From positions 1-53,020 of the IMG/VR virus record IMGVR_UViG_3300043419_000168: 53,020 nucleotides of DNA, one strand, 5' to 3'. This document shows, piece after piece, positions 39,167 through 49,796 of this stretch. Source of the DNA: a virus. Taxonomy: Duplodnaviria > Caudoviricetes. The notes below the pieces were generated by a model. It saw only the letters and a program-made list of their open reading frames with translations. It did not search any database and was not told the DNA's origin. Both the position numbers and the translations under genes were made by a program. The first letter of the stretch is position 1; each line of letters starts with the position of its first letter.

Positions 39167-40069
39167 ATGACCACAACAAATGTTTATTTTTCTCATGGAA
39201 CTAGAAACGAACAGTATCTAGTTGAGGATTTAATTATTGAATCGTTACGTATGTATGGTAACGAGGTTATGTATATTCCAAGAACTTTGGTTTCTAAAGA
39301 CGAGATTCTTGGTGAAGATAGACTATCACAGTTTAAAACAGCATTCCCAATTGAAATGTATTTCGAGAACGTAGACTCGTTCTCTGGTCAGGGTGCGTTC
39401 ATTCAGAAGTTTGGTTTGATGATGGAACAGTCAGCTACATTGGTGGTTGCTCGTCGCAGATGGGAGCAGTTCGTTGGACGTTATGGTGTAACAACATTAC
39501 CGAATAGACCAAACGAAGGTGACTTAATTTACTTCCCATTAACAAAAGGGTTGTTTGAAATTAAATTTGTAACACATCAAGATCCATTTTATCAACTTGG
39601 TAAACTCTATGTTTACAAACTACAGGTTGAGTTGTTCCAGTATAGCTCTGAATTTATTGATACTGGTATTAGTCAGATCGATAACTTCGAAACACTGAAG
39701 TCATTTACCACAAATACAACTAGAACAGAAAACGCTAAAATTGTTTCTGCCACTGTAACTAATCAGGGTAATTTTTATACTTCTGCCCCAACGCTAGTTA
39801 TTAGCAATGGTACTGGTCGTGGTGCTGTTCTAGAACCAGTGATTCAGGCTGGTAAATTGGTTTCTGTTAATATTGTAAATCCAGGAATCGGTTTCAATTC
39901 AACACCAACTGTAACAGTAACTGGGGGTGGTGGTTCCGGAGCAACTGTCACTGTAGAAATCGCAGCCAATGTAGATGCTCCAGATTCTTATGGTGATAAT
40001 AACTCATTCAAAGAAGAAGCTGCTGACATTTTATTCAATGAGAATAATCCTTTCGGAGATGTAGTTTAA
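39167..40069 (+). CDS. gp14: Neck protein gp14
   Basis: EQYLVEDLIIESLRMYG, YIPR, RPNEGDLIYFP, PFYQLGK, ENNPFG. Confidence 0.93.
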   Translation: MTTTNVYFSHGTRNEQYLVEDLIIESLRMYGNEVMYIPRTLVSKDEILGEDRLSQFKTAFPIEMYFENVDSFSGQGAFIQKFGLMMEQSATLVVARRRWEQFVGRYGVTTLPNRPNEGDLIYFPLTKGLFEIKFVTHQDPFYQLGKLYVYKLQVELFQYSSEFIDTGISQIDNFETLKSFTTNTTRTENAKIVSATVTNQGNFYTSAPTLVISNGTGRGAVLEPVIQAGKLVSVNIVNPGIGFNSTPTVTVTGGGGSGATVTVEIAANVDAPDSYGDNNSFKEEAADILFNENNPFGDVV

Positions 40070-40815
40070 TGCTAAGCAACCAAGTATTCTACCATGGTAT
40101 AATTAGAAAAACTATCGTTGGCTTCGGTAGCTTATTCAGTAGTATCTATATTGATCGTAAACAGGGCGACTCTGTTAATGGAACAACTATTCAAAGAGTT
40201 CAGGTTCCATTGGCTTACGCACCGAAAGAAAAGTGGTTAGTTCGTATTGATTCAGATCCTAATCTGGAAAACAATACTTATACTACATTACCAAGAATGT
40301 CCTTTGAAATAACTGGATATTCTTACGATTCATCAAGAAAAACTAATCGTATGCAGAAGATAACATGTGGTGTTGGAACAACATCAATGAACACTCTGTA
40401 TACACCTGTTCCTTACAATATTGATATATCTCTTTATGTTTTAACTAAAACACAAGAAGATGGTCTTCAAATCATTGAACAAATACTTCCAACATTCACA
40501 CCAGAATACACTCTTGCTATTAAAACTGTAGAAGATATGAACATTGTTCTTGATGTTCCAGTTATACTGAATAGTATTTCTGTTCAAGACGATTATGATG
40601 GTGACTTCCAAACAAGAAGATTCGTCACTCATACATTGAATTTTACACTAAAGACTAATCTGTTTGGTTCCCTTAGCAATCAGGGAGTTATATCTCAGGT
40701 TAATGCTAATGTCGGTCAGAATGAAAATTTCTCTAATCCAAATAGAGTTTATGTCGCTGAGGGTGATACAGCTACGGGAACTGTGTCGCAAGAAAATTGG
40801 CAAGATAATTTTTAA
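40069..40815 (+). CDS. gp15: Tail sheath stabiliser / terminator gp15
   Basis: FYHGIIRK, VPLAYAPKEK, TLPRMSFE, QIIEQILPTFTP. Confidence 0.93.
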   Translation: MLSNQVFYHGIIRKTIVGFGSLFSSIYIDRKQGDSVNGTTIQRVQVPLAYAPKEKWLVRIDSDPNLENNTYTTLPRMSFEITGYSYDSSRKTNRMQKITCGVGTTSMNTLYTPVPYNIDISLYVLTKTQEDGLQIIEQILPTFTPEYTLAIKTVEDMNIVLDVPVILNSISVQDDYDGDFQTRRFVTHTLNFTLKTNLFGSLSNQGVISQVNANVGQNENFSNPNRVYVAEGDTATGTVSQENWQDNF

Positions 40816-40817
40816 AT

Positions 40818-42398
40818 ATGAGTAAAGTTTATAATGCTAATGTGAACCTAAAAGCTGCAAACGTCAGCGTTCAATTCACACCAGAACAGGTTCAAGAATA
40901 CTTAAAGTGTTCTCAAGATCCAATTTACTTCATTGAAAACTATTGTAAAATTGTTTCTTTGGATCATGGCTTAGTTCCATTTAAGCTGTATGAGTGTCAA
41001 AAAGAAAAGGTTAAAGTTATTCATGAGAATCGTAGAGTTATTCTTATGGAAGGACGTCAGCAGGGTAAGACTACTACTTCTGCTGCATACATTTTATGGT
41101 ATACATTATTTCAAGAAAATAAGAACGTAGCTATCTTAGCGAACAAAGCTACAGCTGCCAGAGAAGTTCTAGATCGTTACCAAACTATGTATGAACACTT
41201 GCCTAGTTGGTTACAACAGGGTGTTACTACATGGAACAAAGGTGACATTGAATTAGAAAATGGGTCAAAGGTATTTACCGCTGCGACATCTGCTTCTGGT
41301 ATTCGTGGCAAATCTGTTAACTTACTTTATGTTGACGAAGCTGCGATTATTCCAAACACTGTAGCTGAACAGTTCTTCACTTCTGTGTATCCAACTATTT
41401 CTGCAGGTGAAACAACTAAGATTCTTTTATCTTCAACACCATTGGGATACAATCACTTCTGGAAATTCTGGAATGATGCTGAAAATAAAAGAAATGGTTT
41501 CGTTCCTTTATTCATTCCTTACTGGAAAATTCCAGGTCGTGATGAGAAGTGGGCGAATGAACAAAAGGCTATGCTTGGCGATCTTAAGTATAACCAAGAG
41601 GTTCTGTGTAAATTCCTCGGTTCTAGCTTAACTTTAATTAATGCTGATACTATTGCCAGAATGTCATTGGCTCAGCCAGTATTTACTAAAGATGGTTTAG
41701 ATATATACGAACACCCACAAGAAGATCATACATATGTTATTGTAGCTGATACGGCTAAAGGTGTTGGTGGTGACTATTCTGCGTTTACTATTATGGACAT
41801 AACAGAAGTTCCATATAAATTAGTTGGTAAATACAGAAAGAATGATATAAGTCCTTTACTATATCCAAACGTAATTCACCAAGTAGCTACTAAATTTAAT
41901 GAAGCATATGTGTTGGTCGAAACCAACTCAAGCGAGCAAGTCCCTTATATTCTACATAATGAATTGGAATATGAAAACTTGATTTTTGTAAATAGAACTA
42001 CTGGCTTACAGACTGTATCTGGTGGTTTTGGTGGAGGTAAAACTCAGTTAGGTGTTACAACTGATAAAAAGGTTAAACGAACTGGGTGTCACAATTTCAA
42101 GTCTTTGCTTGAAGAAAGTAAAATGATTATTCAGGATGCTGATATTATTTCAGAAATATCAACATTTATTGAGACTAAAGGATCGTATGCAGCAGATGAT
42201 GGATACCATGACGACTTAGTTATGACATTAGTCTTGTTTAGTTGGCTCACAAGTACCAGCTATTTTAAAGACCTAAATAATGTTAATCTGAGACAAATTA
42301 TGTACGATAAAAAGATTAAAGCGATGGAAGAAGAATTGACTCCATTCGGCTTCTTTGATAATGGAGATACAACGGAAAAGTCGCCATTGAACTTCTGA
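40818..42398 (+). CDS. gp17: Terminase large subunit gp17
   Basis: Walker A GRQQGKTT, Walker B LYVDEAA, IVADTAKG, HDDLVM; no intein or intron seen. Confidence 0.97.
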   Translation: MSKVYNANVNLKAANVSVQFTPEQVQEYLKCSQDPIYFIENYCKIVSLDHGLVPFKLYECQKEKVKVIHENRRVILMEGRQQGKTTTSAAYILWYTLFQENKNVAILANKATAAREVLDRYQTMYEHLPSWLQQGVTTWNKGDIELENGSKVFTAATSASGIRGKSVNLLYVDEAAIIPNTVAEQFFTSVYPTISAGETTKILLSSTPLGYNHFWKFWNDAENKRNGFVPLFIPYWKIPGRDEKWANEQKAMLGDLKYNQEVLCKFLGSSLTLINADTIARMSLAQPVFTKDGLDIYEHPQEDHTYVIVADTAKGVGGDYSAFTIMDITEVPYKLVGKYRKNDISPLLYPNVIHQVATKFNEAYVLVETNSSEQVPYILHNELEYENLIFVNRTTGLQTVSGGFGGGKTQLGVTTDKKVKRTGCHNFKSLLEESKMIIQDADIISEISTFIETKGSYAADDGYHDDLVMTLVLFSWLTSTSYFKDLNNVNLRQIMYDKKIKAMEEELTPFGFFDNGDTTEKSPLNF

Positions 42399-42480
42399 AA
42401 ATGACTTTTCAATAAATAAATTAGTGCTTTCAAGTGCTCCTCGAAGCAAAACAGAATAACATGTAATAAGGAGAATTACA

Positions 42481-44676
42481 ATGCCTTTTCAATTAAGTCC
42501 TGGCGTTGCAGTTGTAGAAAAAGACTTCACTTCAATCGTTCCAGCAGTATCTACTGCAGCTGGAGCATTTGCTGGTGTGTTTCAATGGGGTCCATGCCTA
42601 CAGCCAGTAACGATCAATTCCGAAAATACTTTAGTAAGTCGTTTCGGTAAACCAACTGACGATATAACAATCAATCGTTCGTTTTTCACTGCTGCTAACT
42701 TTTTATCTTATACTAATAATTTATTGGTAACTCGCGCAGATACATTGGCTCATAGAAATGCGGTTGCCCGTGTTTCTGGTACATTACAGAGCGTAACATT
42801 AACTAATGGTGGTTCTGGTTATACATCAACCCCAACTGTAACTTTTAGCGCACCACAAGTTGTTGGTGGTGTTCGTGCTACTGGTAATGCAGTTCTTTCT
42901 GGTGGTGGCGTAACTGCTGCAACTATTGCGACTCAGGGTTCTGGTTATGTGACTGCAACTGTAACATTCAGCTTACCTAACATTACTGGTGGTGTTCGTG
43001 CTACTGGTACTGCTACTATCGTTGGTGGTCAAATTACTGCTATCGTAATCACTAACGCTGGTTCTGGATACTTAACAGCTCCAACTGTAACAATCACTTC
43101 AGACACTGGTACTGGTGCTTCTGCTGGTGTTGTTACTATTCAACCTTCTAGCGTTGTTAGCATTACTACAACTAATGGTGGTTCTGGTTATACTTCTGCT
43201 CCAACAATTACTATCACTAATGGTGGTGGTACTGGTGCTGCAGCTACTGCAACTATTCAGGTTGGTGGTATTAAAGTTCTAAACGAGAACGATTACTTAC
43301 GTAACTGGGACGGAGGTTCTGGTGTTACTGGTGAATGGGCTGCGAAATATCCAGGCTCACTAGGTAACTCTTTAACTGTAGGTTTATGCGATTCAGTTGG
43401 TTTCTCAACATGGGCATATAAACAAGAATTCGATGCTGCTCCTGGAACTTCTGATTATGCTGCAGGTGTTTCTGGTTCTAATGATGAACTTCATGTTATC
43501 ATTCTTGATAGAGATGGTCGTTGGACTGGTGTTCCTGGATCAATCCTAGAGAAGTTTTCTTTCTTATCTAAAGCAATCGACGCTAAGAAATCTGATGGTA
43601 CTAATAACTACTATAAAGATGTAATCAATTCACGTTCACAGTATATTTGGTGGACTGACTTCCCAGAATTGGCAGATTATTCAGGTCCAGTTACTAACTG
43701 GGGTGGGCCAGCTGCGAATATCGCATTCCAGTCTTCTGGTCCACACAACTATGATTTATCTGGTGGTGTAGATTCCACAGCCGTAACTGATGGACAATTA
43801 ACAACTGCCTGGAACGTATATCGTGATACAGAATTGTATGACGTATCATTACTTCCTGCTGGTTGGGCAAGCACAGTTGTTGCCAATTATGTTATCGCTT
43901 TAGCTGAAGAGCGTAAAGATTGCGTAGCATTCTTATCACCAGTTGATGTTTCTACTGGTGAATATGTATCAAACTTTAACTATGCTGGTTCAGAAGCAGT
44001 TGATACTTTAATTGAATATAGAAATGCATTAACATCATCTTCATATGCTGTTCTTGACTCTGGATTCAAATATCAATACGATCGTTACAATGACAAATAT
44101 CGTTGGGTTCCATTGAACGGCGACGTGGCTGGTTTATGTGCTCGTACTGACTACACTAATGACCCATGGTTCTCTCCAGGTGGTTTAAATCGTGGACAAA
44201 TTAAGAACGTAGTTAAATTAGCTATGCACTTACATAAGACTGATCGCGATAATCTATATAAAGCTGGTATCAACCCAGTTATTACAGTTCCAGGTGATGG
44301 TACTGTATTGTTCGGCGATAAGACTCTATTGGCTAAACCATCTGCATTCGATCGTATCAATGTACGTCGTCTGTTTATCGTTCTAGAAAAAGCGATCGCT
44401 ACAGCTGCTAAATATCAGTTGTTCGAATTAAACGACAGCTTTACTCGTGCTCAATTTAAGAACTTGGTAGAACCATTCTTACGTGATGTTCAGGGTCGTC
44501 GTGGTATTACTGACTTCGTTGTTAAGTGTGATGATTCTAACAACACTGGTGAAGTTATTGACCGTAACGAGTTCGTCGCTGATATCTTTATTAAACCAAC
44601 TCGTTCTATTAACTTTATTAGTCTTAACTTCGTTGCTGCTCGCTCTGGAATTAATTTCACAGAGATCGGTGCGTAA
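42481..44676 (+). CDS. gp18: Tail sheath protein gp18
   Basis: FQLSPGV, PWFSPGGLNRG, LFGDKT, FDRINVRRLF; upstream ATAAATA at 42412 and SD AAGGAG. Confidence 0.97.
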   Translation: MPFQLSPGVAVVEKDFTSIVPAVSTAAGAFAGVFQWGPCLQPVTINSENTLVSRFGKPTDDITINRSFFTAANFLSYTNNLLVTRADTLAHRNAVARVSGTLQSVTLTNGGSGYTSTPTVTFSAPQVVGGVRATGNAVLSGGGVTAATIATQGSGYVTATVTFSLPNITGGVRATGTATIVGGQITAIVITNAGSGYLTAPTVTITSDTGTGASAGVVTIQPSSVVSITTTNGGSGYTSAPTITITNGGGTGAAATATIQVGGIKVLNENDYLRNWDGGSGVTGEWAAKYPGSLGNSLTVGLCDSVGFSTWAYKQEFDAAPGTSDYAAGVSGSNDELHVIILDRDGRWTGVPGSILEKFSFLSKAIDAKKSDGTNNYYKDVINSRSQYIWWTDFPELADYSGPVTNWGGPAANIAFQSSGPHNYDLSGGVDSTAVTDGQLTTAWNVYRDTELYDVSLLPAGWASTVVANYVIALAEERKDCVAFLSPVDVSTGEYVSNFNYAGSEAVDTLIEYRNALTSSSYAVLDSGFKYQYDRYNDKYRWVPLNGDVAGLCARTDYTNDPWFSPGGLNRGQIKNVVKLAMHLHKTDRDNLYKAGINPVITVPGDGTVLFGDKTLLAKPSAFDRINVRRLFIVLEKAIATAAKYQLFELNDSFTRAQFKNLVEPFLRDVQGRRGITDFVVKCDDSNNTGEVIDRNEFVADIFIKPTRSINFISLNFVAARSGINFTEIGA

Positions 44677-44706
44677 AGACTAAATAAAGAGGACAAGGAG
44701 AAATAA

Positions 44707-45300
44707 ATGGCAAATATCGCTGATTTTAAAGCGCAAATGATTGGGGGTGGTGCTCGCCCTAACCAATTCCGTGTTGAATTGGTTTTCCCTTCATTCGTGC
44801 CACTAGGTATCGTTGCTGGTCAACGTGCTCAGTTCTTATGTAAAGCTACTACGCTTCCAGCTTCTACGATCGAAACTATTCCAGTTTTATATCGTGGTCG
44901 TCAAGTGCAGTTTGCTGGAGAAAGAACTTTCGCACCATGGTCAGTGACAATCTATAACGATACGACTTTCAATATTCGTAACGCTATGGAACAATGGCAG
45001 GCTGGCATTCAGAACTATTCATCAACAGAAGGTCGTGTTAACCCACGTGACTATCAGGTTGATTTGCAAGTTCACCAGTTGGATCGTTCTGGCGCAATCA
45101 TCAAGAGCTATAAGTTCGTTGATGCTTTCCCAACATTGATTGGTCCAATTGCTTTAGATTTCGATCAGCAAAACCAGATCGAACAATTTGATGTAGAGTT
45201 CAATTACAACTACTTCACTTCTCAGTCTACTGAGGGTGGTGGCATTAATATTAATGTTTCTGTTGATACGCCAATCGGTAGTTTCCCTCTACCAATTTAA
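44707..45300 (+). CDS. gp19: Tail tube protein gp19
   Basis: GGGARPNQFRV, AGERTFAPWSVTIYND, IEQFDVEF; CTAAATA at 44680. Confidence 0.95.
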   Translation: MANIADFKAQMIGGGARPNQFRVELVFPSFVPLGIVAGQRAQFLCKATTLPASTIETIPVLYRGRQVQFAGERTFAPWSVTIYNDTTFNIRNAMEQWQAGIQNYSSTEGRVNPRDYQVDLQVHQLDRSGAIIKSYKFVDAFPTLIGPIALDFDQQNQIEQFDVEFNYNYFTSQSTEGGGININVSVDTPIGSFPLPI

Positions 45301-45321
45301 TTTTAGGTTGACAATTTAATT

Positions 45322-46896
45322 ATGCAATTATTTGGATTCGAGATAAAACGTAAAGAAGAACCTAAGGATATCGGGGCTGTAGTAACCCCGATATCTGATG
45401 ATGGTTCAACAGTTGTATCCACTTCCGCCACTTCCTATTATGGAATGGTTATGGATTTGGATACGATCGTTAAAAACGAAAACGATTTAATTAGAAGATA
45501 TCGCGAAACAGCAATGTATGCTGATTGTGATGCTGCTATTGAAGACATCGTTAATGAATCTATCATCGCTGAGTCTGACGACCAAGCTGTTAAGATTGAC
45601 TTAGATAAAGTTAAATTATCTGAATCAATTAAAAACAAAATCAGAGCAGAGTTTGATGAAGTTCTTCGTTTGTATGACTTTGATGATAAAGGTCATGACA
45701 TTTTCCGTCAATGGTATATTGATGGTCGTAGTTACTACAATGTGCTTCTGGATCCAAAAAATCCAAAGGCTGGAATTCAAGAACTTCGTTACGTTGATCC
45801 ACGTAAAATTCGCAAGATTAAAAATGTGGAAAAGAAAAGAAACGAACGAGGTGTAGATATCGTTGTCAAGAATGAAGAATATTACTTGTATAACGATAAG
45901 GGTATTAGCGAAGCTACAGTACAGGGTGTTAAACTTTCTGTAGATTCTATTGTTTATTGTCCATCTGGTTTGATGGATCAAAACTCTGGTATGATGCTTT
46001 CTTATTTACATAAAGCAATCAAACCAGTAAATCAATTAAAGATGATTGAAGATGCGGTAGTTATCTACCGTATATCACGTGCTCCAGAAAGACGTGTGTT
46101 TTACGTAGACGTTGGTAACTTACCTAAGTTAAAAGCTGAACAATACGTAAATGATATTATGAACAAGTTTAGAAATAAGATTGTTTATGATGCAACTACT
46201 GGTGAGACTCGCGATGATCGTAGACATCTATCAATGATGGAAGATTTCTGGATGCCACGTCGCGAAGGTGGTAAGGGTACAGAAATTACCACACTTCCTG
46301 GTGGACAAAACCTTGGTGATATCGAAGATATTCGTTATTTCCAAAGAAAATTGTATCAGGCATTAAATGTTCCAATGTCACGTTTAGAATCTTCAACTGG
46401 ATTTGCTCTTGGTAGATCTACTGAAATTACACGTGATGAAATTAAGTTTAATAAATTTATCCAGCGTTTACGTAAAAAGTTCGCTGCCTTATTTAATGGT
46501 GCTTTACGTGTTCAGCTTATTGCAAAGAACATAATTACACCAGATGATTGGGAAATGTTAGAGCAATCAATTCAATATGACTTCCAGCAAGATAATAATT
46601 TTGCAGAATTAAAAGATAATGAATTGATGTTACAAAGACTAGCTGCTCTGCAACAAGTAGAACCTTATATTGGAAGATTCTATTCTTCTACTTGGATTCG
46701 TAAAAATATCCTACGTCAAACTGATGAAGAAATGGATATTATGGATAAAGAGATGGAAGAAGATAAGATGCGTGCGTTTGATCAGGCTGAACAGCAGGGT
46801 CAAATCGCTGGTGTTACACAAGTTGCTCAACAGCAACACTTGGCTGATAATGGTTTTGGTGGCAATGAACAGTCACCAACTGATAAAGGAGAATGA
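45322..46896 (+). CDS. gp20: Portal protein gp20
   Basis: LSYLHKAIKPVNQLKMIEDAVVIYRISRAPERRVFYVDVGNLP, EDFWMPRREGGKGTEI. Confidence 0.97.
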   Translation: MQLFGFEIKRKEEPKDIGAVVTPISDDGSTVVSTSATSYYGMVMDLDTIVKNENDLIRRYRETAMYADCDAAIEDIVNESIIAESDDQAVKIDLDKVKLSESIKNKIRAEFDEVLRLYDFDDKGHDIFRQWYIDGRSYYNVLLDPKNPKAGIQELRYVDPRKIRKIKNVEKKRNERGVDIVVKNEEYYLYNDKGISEATVQGVKLSVDSIVYCPSGLMDQNSGMMLSYLHKAIKPVNQLKMIEDAVVIYRISRAPERRVFYVDVGNLPKLKAEQYVNDIMNKFRNKIVYDATTGETRDDRRHLSMMEDFWMPRREGGKGTEITTLPGGQNLGDIEDIRYFQRKLYQALNVPMSRLESSTGFALGRSTEITRDEIKFNKFIQRLRKKFAALFNGALRVQLIAKNIITPDDWEMLEQSIQYDFQQDNNFAELKDNELMLQRLAALQQVEPYIGRFYSSTWIRKNILRQTDEEMDIMDKEMEEDKMRAFDQAEQQGQIAGVTQVAQQQHLADNGFGGNEQSPTDKGE

Positions 46897-46898
46897 TA

Positions 46899-47084
46899 AT
46901 GAGTGAATCCGTACATAATTTAATTACTGCAATTGCTTCTGGCAATGCTATAGATACAGAAAATGCTTTTAATGCAGCAATGGCAGAGAAAATTTCTGCT
47001 AGATTAGATGATATGAAAATTTCTGTTGCTCAGAATTTATTTAAGGGTGAAGCCCAAGTAGAAACTACTGAAGATCAAGAATGA
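46899..47084 (+). CDS. Small prohead core protein (gp67-like position)
   Basis: Acidic helical ~61-aa ORF after the portal gene; SD AGGAG favours a start at 46899. Confidence 0.6.
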   Translation: MSESVHNLITAIASGNAIDTENAFNAAMAEKISARLDDMKISVAQNLFKGEAQVETTEDQE

Positions 47085-47500
47085 AATATAGAGAGTTCGT
47101 AAAGACTGTTAAATCTGACGATAAGTCAATAGATAATACACGTCAAGAAATCGTTAAAGAGTCTTACGAAGAAATCGAAGATGGTCGAATCGCTACTATC
47201 ATAAAAGAATACCACGACATTAAAGTAACGAATACACTAATAGAATCATATAAAGAGTTAGCTTCTTCTAATATATTTACTGTTGACCCAATCGTACAAA
47301 AAATTAGAAACTTAAATAAATTAGATTCGATCATCGAAGGTAAAATTCACTATCAATTAAATGATGGATGTGTAGTTACAATAAATGAACAGACACAAGA
47401 ACAACTAAATAATTTGTTGAACAATCAAAAAGAAATAGTTGAGTATATGAGAGAAAGTAAAAGCAATTTCTTTCATGTTCTTAATAAAATTAAGGAATAA
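47081..47500 (+). CDS. Hypothetical protein (prohead core region)
   Basis: 139-aa ORF between gp20 and gp21. Confidence 0.6.
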   Translation: MKYREFVKTVKSDDKSIDNTRQEIVKESYEEIEDGRIATIIKEYHDIKVTNTLIESYKELASSNIFTVDPIVQKIRNLNKLDSIIEGKIHYQLNDGCVVTINEQTQEQLNNLLNNQKEIVEYMRESKSNFFHVLNKIKE

Positions 47501-47502
47501 AG

Positions 47503-48168
47503 ATGGCATTAACTAAAAGCATCTTAAAGATGACCGAAACCGAAACAGTTGTTAAAGTTGCTGGTGCGGGTGGTGATACTACCATCTCATTAGATGTAGA
47601 TTTACTTGACGTCAATCAAGTGTTCGTTGCAGCTACTTCTTCTGAGTTAATAACTTTACAAGAATCTTATGATGACGCTTTACAAAATTTAGCTGACGTG
47701 TTTGATTCATACTCATCTGACCCGAACTATCCATTCGGTGCCACTTTACCTGTATCTCATCTAACATATTCACAACTTATCGTAAATGCTCCTGGCATAG
47801 TTCCAACACCATTACTTCCTGCAGCACTGAATGTTCAACATATTAGAAGCGATTTACTAGAAGCTATTGGTGCGAATGTCACTATAACAGGAGTTCGTTG
47901 GAATGGTGAACTTGGTAACACTATTAAAATTTCAAGAAACTCTGTAAGAGTTCTTACTTTACCAACTGAGTCTGCAGATTATATCGCATTTGATGGCCAA
48001 GAAATGCCACCAGAAAAGACTGAATCTGATTATGATATAGTAGTTGAACAAACTGGTACAGGTCAAATTGAACTGTATTTAAAGTTGAGAAAAGTTTCTG
48101 GTTATGCACCAAAAGTTGAGACAGCTGAATTCAGCGTCTATGACGACACTAACACAGTAGGAAGCTAA
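47503..48168 (+). CDS. Hypothetical head-associated protein
   Basis: 221-aa ORF, SD AAGGA, CTAAATA at 47405; LKLRKVSGY near the C-terminus. Confidence 0.6.
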   Translation: MALTKSILKMTETETVVKVAGAGGDTTISLDVDLLDVNQVFVAATSSELITLQESYDDALQNLADVFDSYSSDPNYPFGATLPVSHLTYSQLIVNAPGIVPTPLLPAALNVQHIRSDLLEAIGANVTITGVRWNGELGNTIKISRNSVRVLTLPTESADYIAFDGQEMPPEKTESDYDIVVEQTGTGQIELYLKLRKVSGYAPKVETAEFSVYDDTNTVGS

Positions 48169-48169
48169 A

Positions 48170-48823
48170 ATGAGATTAATTAAAGAAGTCTTTGATACAA
48201 CTAACGTAATCGTTGAATCAAAACTAGGTAAACCAAAACAATATTTCATTGAAGGTGTTTTCCTTCAATCAGAATTAAAAAACCGTAACGGACGTATGTA
48301 TCCAGAAGCAGTTATGGATAAAGAAGTTAAGCGTTACTGTGAAGATTATGTCGCCAAGAATCGTGCTTATGGTGAGTTAGGTCACCCAGAAACACCATCT
48401 ATTAACTTAGATCGTGTTTCTCACATTATTACTGACCTACGCAAAGAAGGTACGAACTACATTGGCAGAGCAAAGATTCTTGAAACTCCAATGGGTATGA
48501 TTGCACGTGGTCTATTAGATGGCGGTGCAAACCTTGGTGTATCAAGTAGAGCACTTGGTTCTCTTCAAATGAACAAAGAGGGTGTTCAAGTGGTTCAGGA
48601 CGACTTTATGCTGTCAACTGCAGCTGATATCGTTGCTGATCCATCCGCTCCAGATGCATTCGTTCAGGGCATTATGGAAAGCAAGGAGTGGGTTTTCGTT
48701 GATGGAAAGTTTGTGGAGAAGCATATCGATGAAGTTAGATCAATGATCAAGAAAGCGTCATCAAAGAATTTAGAAGAAGCGAAAATAATCGCTTTCCAGA
48801 AGTTTCTGAGAGAAATCAGATAA
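48170..48823 (+). CDS. gp21: Prohead protease gp21
   Basis: NRNGRMYP, GELGHP, LGVSSRALGS, DIVADPSAPDAFV. Confidence 0.96.
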   Translation: MRLIKEVFDTTNVIVESKLGKPKQYFIEGVFLQSELKNRNGRMYPEAVMDKEVKRYCEDYVAKNRAYGELGHPETPSINLDRVSHIITDLRKEGTNYIGRAKILETPMGMIARGLLDGGANLGVSSRALGSLQMNKEGVQVVQDDFMLSTAADIVADPSAPDAFVQGIMESKEWVFVDGKFVEKHIDEVRSMIKKASSKNLEEAKIIAFQKFLREIR

Positions 48824-48866
48824 ATAATAAATAATTACATAGAACTATTCCAGTTAGGAGAAAACG

Positions 48867-49778
48867 ATGTCAATCGAACAAAAAATCGCTGAACTTCTTG
48901 CCGAATCTAAAGCTGCTGAATTAACTCAGCAAGTTGAAGACCAAGCTGAAGAAGTTATCGCTGAAGAGACAGCTGAAGAAGTTGTAGCTGAAGAAGTTTC
49001 TGTAGAAGAAGCTGAAGAAGTTATCGCTGAAGAAGCTGAAGAAGAGTATACTGTTGATGTTTCTGCAGACGTAGAAGCTCTTATCAATGGTGAAGAACTT
49101 ACTGAAGAATTCAAAACTAAAGCTGCTACGATTTTCGAAGCTGCTGTAGTTACTCGAGTAAAGCAAGAGGTTGCTAAACTTGATGAAGAATATGCTGCTA
49201 AGTTAGACGAAGCAGTACAAAAGAATGTAGAGGGTCTTGTTGAACAAGTTGATGGATATCTCAACTACGTAGTTGAGCAGTGGATTGCACAGAATGAATT
49301 AGCCCTTGAGCATGGTATGAAGTCCGAAATCCTAGAAGGATTTGTTGCTGGACTAAAAGGTCTTTTCGAAGAAAACTATATTGAAATTCCTGAAGAGAAA
49401 TTCGATGTATTGGGTTCTATGGAAAGCAAAATCGAAGAACTAGAAACTAAGCTAAACGAACAAGTTGCTGCTAATGTTGAGTTGAGCAAAACTCTTGCTG
49501 AACAGAAGCGTATCGAAATCGTTGAGGCTGCATGTGAAGGTTTAACTGACACAGAAGTTGAGAAGTTCAAAGGTCTAGCTGAAGAGTTAGCATACGAAGA
49601 TGTTGAAACTTTTACTACTAAAGTTAAGACTATCCGCGAAAGCTACTTCACTACCAAAGCACAAGCAGATGTTACATCTGTAGTTACTGATGCTCCAGTA
49701 GAGTCATTAGTTGAGGAAAAGAAAGTTGACCCAACTATGGCGAAATATCTACAAGCACTAAACAACTTTAACAAGTAA
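48867..49778 (+). CDS. gp22: Prohead core scaffold gp22
   Basis: LTEEFKTKAATIFEAAV, VDGYLNYVVEQW; acidic coiled coil with AEEVIAEE repeats; ATAAATA twice at 48820-48833. Confidence 0.93.
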   Translation: MSIEQKIAELLAESKAAELTQQVEDQAEEVIAEETAEEVVAEEVSVEEAEEVIAEEAEEEYTVDVSADVEALINGEELTEEFKTKAATIFEAAVVTRVKQEVAKLDEEYAAKLDEAVQKNVEGLVEQVDGYLNYVVEQWIAQNELALEHGMKSEILEGFVAGLKGLFEENYIEIPEEKFDVLGSMESKIEELETKLNEQVAANVELSKTLAEQKRIEIVEAACEGLTDTEVEKFKGLAEELAYEDVETFTTKVKTIRESYFTTKAQADVTSVVTDAPVESLVEEKKVDPTMAKYLQALNNFNK

Positions 49779-49796
49779 TCTAAAAAGGAAAAACAA

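Noticed and set aside
42399-42480. Possible ncRNA or tRNA in the gp17-gp18 gap
   Set aside because: Only a late promoter motif, a weak stem and an SD are present. No cloverleaf was seen here or in other gaps.
45308-45313. TTGACA before gp20
   Set aside because: No -10 hexamer at a suitable spacing; it lies only 8 bp before the ATG.
48944-49045. GCTGAAGAAGTT repeats in gp22
   Set aside because: Ordinary low-complexity acidic linker, common in T4-like scaffold proteins.
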